Positions 36,333-47,703 of a DNA stretch of 64,000 bases are shown in pieces. Made by a program: the position numbers and the translations under genes. The DNA lies in NCBI GenBank assembly GCA_002238785.1, contig MPNA01000003.1, positions 121,038 to 185,037 of the forward strand, in the 5' to 3' direction. Source of the stretch: a bacterium OM1 bin76. GTDB lineage: Bacteria; Actinomycetota; Acidimicrobiia; Spongiisociales; ZC4RG35. Position 1 is the stretch's first letter; each line of letters starts with the position of its first letter. The notes under the pieces are model-generated. The model was not told where the DNA came from, did no database searches, and was given only the letters and a program-made list of their open reading frames with translations.

Positions 36333-37589
36333 ATGGCACGGGAAGGAACAGATCTCCTCAAGTGCAGCTTTTGCGGCCAGTCGCAAAAGCAGGTCCTGAA
36401 GCTTATCGCCGGTCCGGGCGTATACATCTGCAACGAGTGCATTGATCTGTGCAACGAGATCATTGATGAGGAGACATCTTCCGACGGATACCGGGTGGAG
36501 GAACTCCCCAATCCTGCCGACATCTACAAATACCTCGATTCCTATGTGGTGGGACAGGAGACGGCGAAGCGTTCGCTGGCGGTGGCCGTCTACAACCACT
36601 ACAAACGTCTCCGTCTGGCCGCTCGCGCCCACTCGGAGGTCGAGGTGGAGAAGTCCAATGTGCTGCTGATCGGGCCCACGGGGTCAGGGAAGACGCTTCT
36701 GGCCAGAACCCTCGCCCGGCAATTGAACGTTCCCATCGCCATTACCGACGCCACCGCGTTGACGGAGGCTGGTTATGTGGGAGAGGACGTGGAGAACATC
36801 CTGCTGAGGTTGGTGCAGGCCGCCGACTATGACATCAAGTTGGCGCAGACCGGCATCGTCTATATAGACGAGATCGACAAGGTGGCTCGCAAGTCGGACA
36901 ACCCATCCATAACGCGGGACGTCTCCGGAGAGGGAGTCCAGCAGGCTCTGTTGAAGATTCTTGAAGGAACTGTTGCCTCGGTGCCTCCTCAGGGAGGGCG
37001 CAAGCACCCGCACCAAGAGTTCCTCCAACTGGACACCACCGATGTGCTTTTCATCTGCGGTGGCGCATTTGATGGGTTGGAGGACATTATTTCCAGGCGG
37101 GTCGGAAGTGGCTCGGTGGGGTTCGGGGCCGACATCAAGGCCCGCAGCGACCGGGACAACGGGGACTTGCTGCGACAGGTGGTCCCCGCCGATCTGATCA
37201 AGTACGGGTTGATTCCTGAGTTCATCGGCAGGTTGCCGGTGTTGAGCGCCGTCCATCCTCTTGACGTGGACGACCTGGTGAAGATCCTGCAAGAGCCCCG
37301 CAATGCCCTGGTGAAGCAGTACCGTCACCTCCTGGATCTGGATGATGTGGAACTGATTTTCACTCCCCAGGCCCTCAGCGAGATAGCGGAACAGGCCCTC
37401 GCCCGGGGCACCGGCGCCCGGGGTCTGCGGGCGATTATGGAAGACCTGCTGCGCGATCTGATGTTTCAGGCGCCGACTCGTGCGGACATGCGAAGAGTGG
37501 TAGTGGATCATCTGATGGTGAGGGAAGGGAACGTGGCTTCCATCAGGGACGCGCGATCAAGCAAACGCCAGCGGGAACAGACCGCCTGA
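36333..37589 (+). CDS. clpX: ATP-dependent Clp protease ATP-binding subunit ClpX
   Basis: CSFCG..CNEC zinc finger, [29 protein letters not shown] loop, GARGLR. Confidence 0.98.
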   Translation: MAREGTDLLKCSFCGQSQKQVLKLIAGPGVYICNECIDLCNEIIDEETSSDGYRVEELPNPADIYKYLDSYVVGQETAKRSLAVAVYNHYKRLRLAARAHSEVEVEKSNVLLIGPTGSGKTLLARTLARQLNVPIAITDATALTEAGYVGEDVENILLRLVQAADYDIKLAQTGIVYIDEIDKVARKSDNPSITRDVSGEGVQQALLKILEGTVASVPPQGGRKHPHQEFLQLDTTDVLFICGGAFDGLEDIISRRVGSGSVGFGADIKARSDRDNGDLLRQVVPADLIKYGLIPEFIGRLPVLSAVHPLDVDDLVKILQEPRNALVKQYRHLLDLDDVELIFTPQALSEIAEQALARGTGARGLRAIMEDLLRDLMFQAPTRADMRRVVVDHLMVREGNVASIRDARSSKRQREQTA

Positions 37590-37604
37590 GCCACCAGGGC
37601 GGTT

Positions 37605-40202
37605 ATGGCAACATCCACTGACCGGATGAGATCCGCTTACGATCCGGCGGAGATAGAACCGCGCTGGTACTCCCGCTGGGAACAGGCGGGAGTGTTCAAA
37701 CCCGAATACCGGCCGGCCGGTGAACCATTCTGCGTCGTTATTCCGCCTCCCAACGTGACCGGGTCGCTCCACATGGGACACGCCCTCAATCACACCATCC
37801 ACGATGTGATCGCGCGCCGGCGCCGCATGCAAGGATACGCGGTACTGTGGTTGCCGGGGACCGATCACGCCGGGATCGCCACCCAGAATGTGGTGGAGAA
37901 ATTCCTCGCAGATAAGGGACTGAACCGGTTTGATCTGGGCAGGGAGGCCTTTATCGACCAGGTCTGGGAGTGGAAGGATGTCTACGGGTGGCGTATCACT
38001 CAACAGATCCGGAGGATGGGCAACTCCTGTGACTGGACAAGGGAGAGGTTCACCTTTGATGAGGGGTTGTCAAAGGCCGTATTGGAGGTCTTTGTTCGTC
38101 TCTATGAAGACGGTCTTATCTATCGGGGTAAGCGCATCATCAACTGGTGTCCGCGTTGTGAGACCGCCCTGGCCGAGATAGAGGTCGAGCACCAACCCGA
38201 GGATGGGGAGTTGGTTCACATCGCCTATCCGTTCACAGATGGGTCCGCCGCGGTGACGGTGGCCACCACCCGGGCTGAGACCATGCTGGGTGACACCGGC
38301 GTTGCCGTGCATCCTGATGATGAGCGTTACCGCGACATGGTCGGCAGGACAGTCCGGCTTCCCCTGGTTGGCAGAGTTGTTCCGGTGGTGGCTGACAGCG
38401 GGGTAGACCCCGAATTCGGAACCGGAGCGGTTAAGGTCACACCCGCCCACGATCCCCTCGACTTCGAGATAGGCGAGCGTCACGGTCTGGAAAGCGTCCT
38501 GGTGCTTGACGAGCAGGCCGTGATCACCGAAGCGGGAGGCCGTTTCCAGGGATTGGACCGGTTCGAGGCCCGGCAGGCGGTGATCGTCGCTCTGGCAGAG
38601 GAGGGTGTGCTGGTCGGCAGGGAGGCATACCGACACTCGGTGGGACTCTGTTACCGCTGCGACACGGTGGTGGAACCCCTCCTGTCCACCCAATGGTTTG
38701 TGAAGGTGGAGGAACTGGCCCGCCCGGCTATAGAGGCGGTGAGATCGGCCGACAACCGCTTCATCCCCGCCCATTGGGAGAAGAGCTATTTCCACTGGAT
38801 GGAGAATCTGCGGGACTGGTGCATCTCTCGCCAGATCTGGTGGGGGCACCGCATTCCTGCCTGGTATTGCTTCTGCGGTCATGTGACGGTGGCTCGTGCG
38901 TACCCAGGAGTCTGTGGCGACTGCGGCGCCGGCGAGCTAAACCAGGACGCCGATGTCTTGGACACCTGGTTCTCCTCGGCGTTATGGCCGTTTTCGACCT
39001 TGGGATGGCCGGAGGAGACCGAGGATCTGGCCAGGTTCTATCCCAACATGGTGTTGATCACCGGGTTCGACATCATCTACTTCTGGGTGGCTCGTATGAT
39101 GAAAATGGGGCTGCGGTTCATGGGAGAGGTCCCATTCGCGGAGACGGTTATTCACGGCTTGGTCCGGGACAGCAATGGGCAGAAGATGTCCAAGTCCTTG
39201 GGCAACACCATCGATCCCTTGGTGGTGGCGGAGGAATACGGGGCCGATCCGCTTCGCCTGGCCCTGGTCCAAGCGGCCAATCCCGGCCAGGACGTGCCTC
39301 TCGACATGGAGTGGGTAGAAGGAGCCCGGAAGTTCGGGAACAAGCTTTGGAACGCGGTCCGATACGCCTTGCGTCACCTGCCGGAAGGAAGCGTTCCCCC
39401 AACGGGCGGCTATCCCAACCATCCTGGCCCGGTGGATCGCTGGGTGCTGGCCGCCCTGGGGGAGGTGACCGACCGATTTGATGAATTGTCGGATGGTTAC
39501 CGTTTTTCCGACGCCTACGGCCTCCTGTACAACTTCGCCTGGGCGGAGGTGTTCGATTGGTACCTGGAGATGTCCAAAGCAGCTCTGGCCGGGTCCGGAA
39601 CCGAAGATACTCGGCAAACTCTGGGAGTGGTGATGCGGGATCTTCTAAGGCTGTTTCATCCTGCCATACCGTTCTTGACGGAGGAACTGTGGTCTCATCT
39701 CGTGGGGGAGGGGCTATTGGCCGGCGCCGACTGGCCCGAAGTTCCCGCCTACGATCCTGTGCCTGAAATGGAAGACGTGAAGGGTCTCATCTCGGGGATA
39801 AGGCAATTCCGGGCCGCTCAAGGCTTGAGTTACAGACAGACCCTGTCACTGGGAGTCACCGGCTCTCCTCACCGATGGGTGACCGATCTGGTGGAGAAGA
39901 TGGCGGGCGTGGAGATCCACAGGTGGACGGAAGCGACCACCGCCGGCCATGCACCGGTGGCCGGTGGCCGTTGGGAGGGGTTCATTTCACTGCGCGGACT
40001 GGTGGATCCCCATGCCGAGGGCCAACGAATAGATCGGGCGATAGCCCGCCTGCAGGTGCAGATGTCCCGTTCCTCATCCAAACTGGACAACCCCAACTTT
40101 GTGCAGCGGGCCCCGGAGGCAGTGGTGGAGAAGGAGCGCCAGAGGCTGGCTGAAGCCACCGATCGGTTGGTTTCCCTGCAGCGCCAAAGAGAAGCCCTGT
40201 AG
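37605..40202 (+). CDS. valS: Valine--tRNA ligase
   Basis: PPPNVTGSLHMGH, DWCISRQIWWGHRIP, KMSKS, C-terminal coiled coil. Confidence 0.98.
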   Translation: MATSTDRMRSAYDPAEIEPRWYSRWEQAGVFKPEYRPAGEPFCVVIPPPNVTGSLHMGHALNHTIHDVIARRRRMQGYAVLWLPGTDHAGIATQNVVEKFLADKGLNRFDLGREAFIDQVWEWKDVYGWRITQQIRRMGNSCDWTRERFTFDEGLSKAVLEVFVRLYEDGLIYRGKRIINWCPRCETALAEIEVEHQPEDGELVHIAYPFTDGSAAVTVATTRAETMLGDTGVAVHPDDERYRDMVGRTVRLPLVGRVVPVVADSGVDPEFGTGAVKVTPAHDPLDFEIGERHGLESVLVLDEQAVITEAGGRFQGLDRFEARQAVIVALAEEGVLVGREAYRHSVGLCYRCDTVVEPLLSTQWFVKVEELARPAIEAVRSADNRFIPAHWEKSYFHWMENLRDWCISRQIWWGHRIPAWYCFCGHVTVARAYPGVCGDCGAGELNQDADVLDTWFSSALWPFSTLGWPEETEDLARFYPNMVLITGFDIIYFWVARMMKMGLRFMGEVPFAETVIHGLVRDSNGQKMSKSLGNTIDPLVVAEEYGADPLRLALVQAANPGQDVPLDMEWVEGARKFGNKLWNAVRYALRHLPEGSVPPTGGYPNHPGPVDRWVLAALGEVTDRFDELSDGYRFSDAYGLLYNFAWAEVFDWYLEMSKAALAGSGTEDTRQTLGVVMRDLLRLFHPAIPFLTEELWSHLVGEGLLAGADWPEVPAYDPVPEMEDVKGLISGIRQFRAAQGLSYRQTLSLGVTGSPHRWVTDLVEKMAGVEIHRWTEATTAGHAPVAGGRWEGFISLRGLVDPHAEGQRIDRAIARLQVQMSRSSSKLDNPNFVQRAPEAVVEKERQRLAEATDRLVSLQRQREAL

Positions 40203-40205
40203 TTG

Positions 40206-41498
40206 ATGGACTACGCCGAGGCAATCTCCTATCTCTTCTCCCACATAGGCTTGGGGAAGAAGTTCGGACTGGAGCCCATGCGCGCCGTCATGGCTCGTAT
40301 GGGCGACCCCCATGCTCGACACCGGGTGATACATGTGGCGGGCACCAACGGCAAGACCTCGACTTCCCGAATAGCAGGGCAGGTGTTGCTGACGCAAGGC
40401 TATAGCGCCGGTGTCTTCACTTCTCCCCACCTGCAGAAGGTGGAGGAGAGAATCGCTGTGAACGGGCGGCCGGTGTCTGCGGACAACCTGGCAGCAGCCA
40501 TCACCGAGGTTGCGGGGTTTGTCGCCGAGGAGGTGGCCGACGGGGGCCGACCTCTCACGTATTTCGAATTGACCACCGCCGCCGCTCTGGCTCATTTTGT
40601 CAGCGCAGGGGTGGACGCCATCGTGTTGGAGGTTGGCCTGGGAGGAAGGTTGGATGCCACCAACGTGGTCTCAGCCGAAGTGGCAGTGCTCACCGGTCTC
40701 GGGTTCGATCACACCGAGTACTTGGGAGACACGATTCCCCAGATCGCCGAAGAGAAATTGGGAATCGTGGGGCCCGGCGCCAGGTTGGTGTGTGGGGCTA
40801 TTCCATCCGAGGCTGCCCCGGTGGTGGAGAGGAAGGCGCGGACGGTGGGAGCCGATGTGATGTGGCTGGGAAAGGACTTCGGGATAAGGTCGATTCTTCC
40901 CAGGCCACAGGGGGGTTGGACGGTTTCCGTAGATGGTCTGTACGGATCCTACGAGAACCTCGAATTGCCATTGCGAGGCCGCTATCAAGTGCGGAACCTG
41001 GCGGTGGGGATAGCGGCGGCGGAGGCATGGTTGGAGAAAGGCCTGGACGTCGAGCGACTTCGAAGGGGTTTGTCAGAGGTCACCGCGCCGGGCCGCATGG
41101 AATTGGTCGAGTACGGCTCGATACCCCTGCTCTTGGACGGGGCGCACAATCCCGAAGCCTGTTCGGTGCTTGGCAAATCGCTCCTGGAGGAGTTCGGGGA
41201 AAGAAAGTGGGTGGGGGTTCTGGGAGTGATGGATGACAAGGACTTGGAATCCATGATGGTGGGTCTGGCGCCGGTTCTGGACCGGGTGGTGGCCTCCCGG
41301 GCCGACTCCTCCCGGGCCTTGATCACCAGCCGGCTTGCTCAGCGGATCAGGGCGGTGTGTGACCTGGATGTCATGGAGTGCCCGGATCCATCTCAGGCGG
41401 TTCGTGAGGCGCGCCGTTTGGCGGGAGACGATGGCCGAGTCCTGGTAACCGGCTCGCTCTACCTGGTCGGGGCAGTCCGCACGTTGCTTGGCTTGTGA
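40206..41498 (+). CDS. folC: Folylpolyglutamate synthase/dihydrofolate synthase
   Basis: HVAGTNGKTS, FTSPHL, EVGLGGRLDATN, DGAHN, TGSLYLVG. Confidence 0.96.
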   Translation: MDYAEAISYLFSHIGLGKKFGLEPMRAVMARMGDPHARHRVIHVAGTNGKTSTSRIAGQVLLTQGYSAGVFTSPHLQKVEERIAVNGRPVSADNLAAAITEVAGFVAEEVADGGRPLTYFELTTAAALAHFVSAGVDAIVLEVGLGGRLDATNVVSAEVAVLTGLGFDHTEYLGDTIPQIAEEKLGIVGPGARLVCGAIPSEAAPVVERKARTVGADVMWLGKDFGIRSILPRPQGGWTVSVDGLYGSYENLELPLRGRYQVRNLAVGIAAAEAWLEKGLDVERLRRGLSEVTAPGRMELVEYGSIPLLLDGAHNPEACSVLGKSLLEEFGERKWVGVLGVMDDKDLESMMVGLAPVLDRVVASRADSSRALITSRLAQRIRAVCDLDVMECPDPSQAVREARRLAGDDGRVLVTGSLYLVGAVRTLLGL

Positions 41499-41530
41499 GC
41501 GGGGTCTGACGCCTAACCTTTGTGGCAAGT

Positions 41531-41604
41531 GCCGGAGTAGCTCAGCCAGGCAGAGCAGCTCACTCGTAATGAGCAGGCCAGGGGTTCAAATCCCCTCTCC
41601 GGCT
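41531..41604 (+). tRNA. tRNA-Thr(CGT)
   Basis: GCCGGAG...CTCCGGC-T, anticodon loop CTCGTAA. Confidence 0.95.
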
Positions 41605-41622
41605 CAATAGAATCAAATAGAA

Positions 41623-42027
41623 ATGCCCAGTGAACAAACTTTCGTGATGGTCAAGCCCGATGGGGTTGCCCGTGGTCTTGTAGGTGAGATCATTCGCCGG
41701 CTCGAATCGAAGGGCTTGCGTTTAGTGCAGGCGCGCCTGCGAACAGTCGACGAAGACTTGGCCGGTGAGCATTACGCCGAGCACCGGGAACGTCCTTTCT
41801 TCCCGGAATTGATCTCCTTTATCACCGGCGGGCCTGTCATGGCCATGGTGTGGGAAGGAGAGTCGGCGGTGTCGGTGGCGAGATTGCTCATCGGTCCGAC
41901 CAACCCGGCTACGGCTCCCCCCGGGACGATTCGCGGGGACTACGGTTTGGAGACGACTCAGAACCTGGTGCATGGTTCTGACTCCTCGACCAGCGCCACA
42001 CGGGAAATAGGTTTATGGTTTGGTTAG
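41623..42027 (+). CDS. ndk: Nucleoside diphosphate kinase
   Basis: [29 protein letters not shown]. Confidence 0.97.
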   Translation: MPSEQTFVMVKPDGVARGLVGEIIRRLESKGLRLVQARLRTVDEDLAGEHYAEHRERPFFPELISFITGGPVMAMVWEGESAVSVARLLIGPTNPATAPPGTIRGDYGLETTQNLVHGSDSSTSATREIGLWFG

Positions 42028-42066
42028 CATTCTGAAGAGTTCGCATCGGTTGCGCTCGGAGATGAG

Positions 42067-43089
42067 ATGTTCTCCATGATTCTGGGCAACCAGGCTATGG
42101 CAATAGATCTCGGAACTGCCAATACCCTGGTCTATCTGCGGGGCAAAGGGGTGGTGCTGGGAGAGCCCTCGGTGGTGGCCATTGACTCGCGCTCGGGTGA
42201 GCTTTTGGCGGTGGGTGCTGAGGCGAAACACATGATCGGCCGGACCCCCGCACAGATCACCGCTATACGTCCCCTGCGTGACGGGGTGATCGCTGACTTT
42301 GACACCACCGCCCGGATGATTCGTTACTTTGTCAAGAAGGTCCAGCCTCGCTGGTTCTATCGCCCGGAAATCGTGGTCTGTGTCCCCTCGGAGAGCAGCA
42401 CGGTCGAACGGAGAGCCGCGGAGGATGCGGCTTTCAAGGCGGGGGCTCGCCGCGCCTATGTGATCGAGGAGAGTATGGCCGCCGCCATCGGCGAGGATCT
42501 TCCCGTCTCCGAGGCGAAGGGTTCGATGGTGGTGGATATCGGAGGCGGGACCACTGAGATCGGGGTGCTGTCCCTGGGAGGAGTGGTGGCCGGCCGGAGC
42601 ATCAGGACCGCAGGATACGCCATGGATCAGGCGATTATCGAGTGGATCCAGTATGAGAAGGGCCTGCGGATCGGAACCCGTACTGCTGAGGACCTCAAGA
42701 TAGCCATTGGATCGGCTTGGCCTCGGGAAAACCGGAGGGCCGAAATCCAAGGGCACAACCTTCACACCGGTCAGCCCGACAAGGTAGTGGTGTCAACCTC
42801 GGAAATCCGGGAGGCCATCAAGCAACCCGTGGACGAGATTGTGGATGCTGTCAGGAAGACCCTGACAGTGGTCAATCCGGACATCGCCTCCGACATCATC
42901 GGGCAGGGGATTGTGGTAACCGGAGGAGGGGCTCTGCTGCCGGGACTGAAGGAATTGCTGGAAAAGGAAATCAAGATCAAAGTCAGGGTGTCGGCCAACC
43001 CCTTGCTTTCCGTGGTGTTAGGGGCCGGTAAATGCTTGGAAGAACGGCAATCATTCAAGAACGTCCTCTCTATCACGTCCAGCGTTTGA
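42067..43089 (+). CDS. mreB: Rod shape-determining protein MreB
   Basis: IDLGTANT, IRPLRDGVIADF, VDIGGGTT, TGGGALL. Confidence 0.96.
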   Translation: MFSMILGNQAMAIDLGTANTLVYLRGKGVVLGEPSVVAIDSRSGELLAVGAEAKHMIGRTPAQITAIRPLRDGVIADFDTTARMIRYFVKKVQPRWFYRPEIVVCVPSESSTVERRAAEDAAFKAGARRAYVIEESMAAAIGEDLPVSEAKGSMVVDIGGGTTEIGVLSLGGVVAGRSIRTAGYAMDQAIIEWIQYEKGLRIGTRTAEDLKIAIGSAWPRENRRAEIQGHNLHTGQPDKVVVSTSEIREAIKQPVDEIVDAVRKTLTVVNPDIASDIIGQGIVVTGGGALLPGLKELLEKEIKIKVRVSANPLLSVVLGAGKCLEERQSFKNVLSITSSV

Positions 43090-43108
43090 ACTGAAACGAC
43101 GGCTGGCC

Positions 43109-43930
43109 GTGTACGAGTTCAGGTCCAGAGGCCGGACTATGGTGCTCACCGTACTGCTTCTGGTGTCGGTGCTGTCGGCCACCTTGGAAGTAAGGGCAGG
43201 AGGCTGGGGAGTAATGCGGGTCGGGCTGGGAAGTTGGCTGGTCCCACTGCAGAGAGTGGCTTCGGAGATCTTCGATCCGATGGTGGACACCGTGGAAGGT
43301 CTGGTAGGCATCGCCTCGCTGCGTTCGGAGAATGCGGCTCTACGGGCGGAGTTGGCAGAGACCCTGGCCGAGATGGCCGCGGTGGAAGACCAGTTGGCTC
43401 GACTCGAGTCCCTGGAACGGCTGGCGGGACTGGACCTCCCCGATGTGGAGCAGGCCACGACTCTGGCCAATGTCGTGGGTCGGCAGGTTGGATTCGAGTT
43501 CCATCTGAGGATCGACAAGGGTTTGGAGGAAGGGGTGATTGCCGGCAACCCGGTGTTGGACGAGAACGGGTATCTGTTGGGCAGGGTCGGCGCTTCCGCC
43601 CAGGATTTTGCCACAGTCATACCTATCACGGCCGATGTGGAGGGGCTGACGGTGCTGGTGGCGGGCAGTGTGGGAATCCTCCGACCCCGGGTCGGGTCGG
43701 ACCTGCTCAGCCTGGAGATTATCGACCGCCCTCCGATAGTCGCGGAAGGCGAGGAGGTCGTCACCTCCCAACTGTCTGTGAACTTCCCACCCGGCCTGCC
43801 CGTGGGGGCTCTGGAGGGAGAGGCGGAAGTGGTCGGGTCGGTTTTGCGAGGCTCGGTGAAGCCCTTTTCGGACCCCCAGCGGGTGAGGGCGGTTCTAGTG
43901 GTGTCATGGCCCCCCGGTCCCAATGAGTAG
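43109..43930 (+). CDS. mreC: Rod shape-determining protein MreC
   Basis: TM, coiled coil (LRSENAALRAEL), IDKG...G, FPPGLPVG; synteny. Confidence 0.9.
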   Translation: MYEFRSRGRTMVLTVLLLVSVLSATLEVRAGGWGVMRVGLGSWLVPLQRVASEIFDPMVDTVEGLVGIASLRSENAALRAELAETLAEMAAVEDQLARLESLERLAGLDLPDVEQATTLANVVGRQVGFEFHLRIDKGLEEGVIAGNPVLDENGYLLGRVGASAQDFATVIPITADVEGLTVLVAGSVGILRPRVGSDLLSLEIIDRPPIVAEGEEVVTSQLSVNFPPGLPVGALEGEAEVVGSVLRGSVKPFSDPQRVRAVLVVSWPPGPNE

Positions 43931-44522
43931 TCGTTTTCGCTCCCGTCGGTACCGGGCCCGCAGAGAATCGGCTCGGACCGTGACCGGTTCCTTGTCCCGC
44001 CGGGGTTCATTTCTTCCTCTGCAGCGTTCCATCCGTTGGGGGCATGGACTTGCCTGGCTGGGGGTGATGGTGGTGGCGGTTGTCCTGCAGATGTCGGTGA
44101 TGGGGAGGATCCAGGTTGCCGGAGTGTCCCCCGATCTGGTGACGTTGGTGATTGCCTACGCGGCATTCAGGGTGAGGGACAACGGCATTCTCTTTCTCGG
44201 TTTTACCGGTGGATTGTTACTGGACGCCTCAGGGACCGCCGTCTTGGGGCTGTGGTCCTTCTCATTGACCTTGGTGGCCTGGGTTGCCATGTTCACCCGT
44301 GAACAAGGAGGTCGGGGAGTGGCGGTCAACGCTTTACGCATCTTGTTCCTGACCCTTCTTGGAATGGTCGCCCACACGGTGATCAGCATCGCCTTCGGAG
44401 ATTGGTCTCTGGTTATCTGGGAAGCCTTGCGGCGCATAACCCTCACGCCAGTGCTCAACTTCTTGATGGCCGTTATGCTGTTTCCGTTGTCAAGTCGGCT
44501 GTGGGTGCCCTCTTTGAAGTGA
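43923..44522 (+). CDS. mreD: Rod shape-determining protein MreD
   Basis: Hydrophobic, PDLV, GF.GGLLLD motif; between mreC and mrdA; start uncertain. Confidence 0.85.
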   Translation: MSSRFRSRRYRARRESARTVTGSLSRRGSFLPLQRSIRWGHGLAWLGVMVVAVVLQMSVMGRIQVAGVSPDLVTLVIAYAAFRVRDNGILFLGFTGGLLLDASGTAVLGLWSFSLTLVAWVAMFTREQGGRGVAVNALRILFLTLLGMVAHTVISIAFGDWSLVIWEALRRITLTPVLNFLMAVMLFPLSSRLWVPSLK

Positions 44523-46507
44523 AGAGGCCCTATCGGATCGCGGCCGTGGCGGGCATCTTTGCCCTGCTCTTCGGGTTTTTGGGGATCCGGCTGTGGTTTC
44601 TGCAGGTCGGTGAAGGGGTGGCGGCGGCTGCCATCGTTGATGAGGAGGGACTGGTCTCCATTACCATCCCCGCTCCCCGAGGTGACATCCGGGATCGCAA
44701 CGGGCAACTGCTGGTTACCAGTCGGATAGTTCCCATGGTGGTGCTGGACAGGCAACTGCTGCAGTCCTCGCAAAGAGAGGAAGCGGTCGCTCGATTGGCT
44801 GCCAGGCTGGAAATACCGGCCGACTGGATAGCCACTCTCTATGAGGATGCGGGGGTCAACCAGCGTTTTCCCCTAGCGGTGGTGGACGCGCTGACCGCGT
44901 ATCAATTGCAGGAGCAATTGCGTTCCTTTCCGGGGGTGGTGGTGGAGAACTATCCCGAGCGGGTCTACCTGACGGGTGGGACCATGTCGCATGTGATAGG
45001 ACATTTGGGGTTTCCCTCCGCCGGAGACCTGCAGCAGCGGCCCTATCTGGATCCAAACGTTCGCATCGGCAAACTCGGTGTGGAGGGCTTCTATGACGAG
45101 TGGCTGGAAGGGATGCCCGGCGAGCGTGTCTATAGGGTCAACCAGGCCGGCCGTATCACCGAAGAGCGAAGAGAGGTCCCTCCGGTATCGGGCGCCACCG
45201 TCTACCTGACTCTTGATGAACGGCTGCAGGAGGTGGTGGAGACCGCCCTGCTGGAGGGGATTGCACTCTCGAATCTGATAAAGGATGAGGAGAGAGAACT
45301 GCCCTTGGAGGAAAGAGAGACCCGAGCGGCTCTCAATCCCACCGAACGGGCTACCGCCGTGGTGATGGACATCACCAACGGGGAGATCCTGGCCCTGGCG
45401 AGCTATCCCGACTTCGATCCGCAGCAGTTCGTATGGGGTATCGACCAGTTCGAGTTTGCCCGGCTCTCCGATGAGAAGGCCTTTTTGAATCTGGCTGTGG
45501 GGGGCCTGTATCCACCTGCATCCACATTCAAGGCAGTCACGTACACTGCCGCCCTCCTCAACAACATACCCTTCGCTCAGGCCATCGAGGGTGTGGACAG
45601 CGTCAACCGCAGGATCAACTGCGACGGTGAACTGGTGCTGACCGAGATCGACGAAGGGAGTCCCCAGGTTTTCCGAGACTGGTACTACCCGCGGGAGTTG
45701 GGTTGGCTGGATATTCACGGCGCATTCGAACACTCCTGCAACATCTATTTCTACAACCTGGCTTTGGGAGTTTGGCGCAATTGGCGCAACACCGGTCGGG
45801 AGAACGTTCTTCAGGAAACGGCCCGTTCCATAGGGTATGGCTCCTTCACCGGCGTGGATCTCACCGGTGATCAGGCGGGCATAGTTCCCGACCGGGATCT
45901 GTTCGAAAGCTGGAAGCGAACCCAGCTTGAAGACCCTGCTGCTCCCGTCCGTCTGGACCCGGCGCGTCTGGCTTTGGCCAGTCCCTGGGTGGGGGGTGAC
46001 CTGATGAACCTGGCGATCGGACAGGGTGACATGCTGGCTTCTCCACTTCAGGTAGCAGTTTCCTACGGGGCCCTCGCCAACGGCGGGACCGTGTGGACTC
46101 CACGGGTGGTGAGTCAAGTACGATCACCGGAGGGAGAGTTGTTATGGGCAGCCATACCCGAGGCCAAGAACCAGATAGATATCCCCCAATCAGCGGTCTC
46201 CTCCCTGCTGGCCGACATGAACCGGGTGGTGGTCAGCGGAACGGCCCGCCGGGCCTTCTCCGGATTCGGAACCTCGCTGACTCATGTGGGAGGCAAGACT
46301 GGAACCGGACAGTCTTCCGCCAACCGGGACAGCCACGCCTGGTTTGTTGGGGTGGCGCCCATAAACAACCCCCAATGGGTGGTGGTGGTGTTGGTGGATG
46401 AGGGTGGCTCGGGAGGCCGTGTGGCGGCGCCGATGGGCCGTTACATAATGCAGCATCTGATGGGAGAAGAGTTGGATCCGATCGAAGCGGGGGAGGCGAC
46501 CGACTGA
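44519..46507 (+). CDS. mrdA: Penicillin-binding protein 2 (class B)
   Basis: APRGDIRDRNG, PASTFK (SxxK), HSCN (SxN), GKTGT; GTG start overlaps the mreD stop. Confidence 0.94.
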   Translation: MKRPYRIAAVAGIFALLFGFLGIRLWFLQVGEGVAAAAIVDEEGLVSITIPAPRGDIRDRNGQLLVTSRIVPMVVLDRQLLQSSQREEAVARLAARLEIPADWIATLYEDAGVNQRFPLAVVDALTAYQLQEQLRSFPGVVVENYPERVYLTGGTMSHVIGHLGFPSAGDLQQRPYLDPNVRIGKLGVEGFYDEWLEGMPGERVYRVNQAGRITEERREVPPVSGATVYLTLDERLQEVVETALLEGIALSNLIKDEERELPLEERETRAALNPTERATAVVMDITNGEILALASYPDFDPQQFVWGIDQFEFARLSDEKAFLNLAVGGLYPPASTFKAVTYTAALLNNIPFAQAIEGVDSVNRRINCDGELVLTEIDEGSPQVFRDWYYPRELGWLDIHGAFEHSCNIYFYNLALGVWRNWRNTGRENVLQETARSIGYGSFTGVDLTGDQAGIVPDRDLFESWKRTQLEDPAAPVRLDPARLALASPWVGGDLMNLAIGQGDMLASPLQVAVSYGALANGGTVWTPRVVSQVRSPEGELLWAAIPEAKNQIDIPQSAVSSLLADMNRVVVSGTARRAFSGFGTSLTHVGGKTGTGQSSANRDSHAWFVGVAPINNPQWVVVVLVDEGGSGGRVAAPMGRYIMQHLMGEELDPIEAGEATD

Positions 46508-47703
46508 TGGCGTTTCTAACCAGACGGCAGGGCAGTTGGTGGATCGGCAAGGGAGAGAGTGTCTCCCGGCCCGATCTGGGTCTGATGGGTGCGGTGGTGG
46601 TGTTGTCCGGGTTCGGGTTGTTGATGATCTATTCGGCTACCAGGGCCGCGTTGCAGCGCCGGGAACTGCTGCCATCGGCATCAACCGAACGGCAGTTGGT
46701 ATTCATGCTGCTTGGCTTGGCGGTCATGTTCCTGCTGAGCTACATCGACTATCGGGACTACAGGTTCCTGGCGCCGCTTCTGTATGTGGCCTGCCTGGCG
46801 GGTTTGGGGATCGCGTTTCTCTTCGATCCCGTGAACGGGGTACGACGGTGGATCAGCTTGGGCCCGATCAACATCCAGCCTGCGGAGTTCACGAAACTGG
46901 TGCTGGTCATGGTTCTGGCCTCTTTGTTGGCCGGCGATCCCGACGAAGGCTCCCAGCAACTCCCTTGGAGGAAGGTCCTGTATGCGTTGGGCCTGTCGGT
47001 GGTTCCCATGGTGCTGATCTTCTTGCAACCGGATCTGGGCACCATGATGTCCTATCCTGCCATTGTTTTAGTGATGCTGTTCGTGGCCGGCGCCACCAGG
47101 GCGCAACTGACGACTCTGATTCTGGGCTCCGTCGGCTCGGTGGTGGTGGTGTGGCGACTCGGTTTCCTGGCAGGGCATCAGATCGACCGATTGAGGGTGT
47201 TTGTCGATCCGGAATTGGACCCTCAAGGCCTGGGCTGGAGCATCCGACAGGCCAGACTGGCAATCTCTTCGGGTCAGTTGACCGGTCAGGGGCTGTTTGA
47301 AGGCGCCATTACCAACCAAGGTCTGGTCCCCGAACAAGAGAGCGACTTTATTTTCACCGCCGTGGGTGAGCAGTTGGGATTCGTAGGCGGTTTGATGGTG
47401 TTGGCGGTGTTCTGCTTTGTGCTCTGGCGCCTGCTCCGGATCGCAGTCACCGCTCCAGATCATTACGGCTCACTGGTGGCAACGGGGGTGGCGGCCATGG
47501 TCATGTTCCATGTATTCATCAGTGTGGGGATGACCCTGGGGTTGGTGCCCATAACCGGTCTGCCCCTCCCATTCCTGAGTCAGGGAGGGTCCTTCTATTT
47601 GACCGTTACGGCAGGAATCGGAATTTGTATAGCTATTTGGAAGCTACGCCCCAACGTCTGGCTGGGTGGTATCACCAGGGGCGGGAGCGGTGTCACGGGA
47701 TAG
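46507..47703 (+). CDS. rodA: SEDS peptidoglycan glycosyltransferase RodA
   Basis: RWI.LG..NIQPAEF.K, QPDLGT, PEQESDFIF, GL.PITGLPLPFLS.GGS. Confidence 0.93.
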   Translation: MAFLTRRQGSWWIGKGESVSRPDLGLMGAVVVLSGFGLLMIYSATRAALQRRELLPSASTERQLVFMLLGLAVMFLLSYIDYRDYRFLAPLLYVACLAGLGIAFLFDPVNGVRRWISLGPINIQPAEFTKLVLVMVLASLLAGDPDEGSQQLPWRKVLYALGLSVVPMVLIFLQPDLGTMMSYPAIVLVMLFVAGATRAQLTTLILGSVGSVVVVWRLGFLAGHQIDRLRVFVDPELDPQGLGWSIRQARLAISSGQLTGQGLFEGAITNQGLVPEQESDFIFTAVGEQLGFVGGLMVLAVFCFVLWRLLRIAVTAPDHYGSLVATGVAAMVMFHVFISVGMTLGLVPITGLPLPFLSQGGSFYLTVTAGIGICIAIWKLRPNVWLGGITRGGSGVTG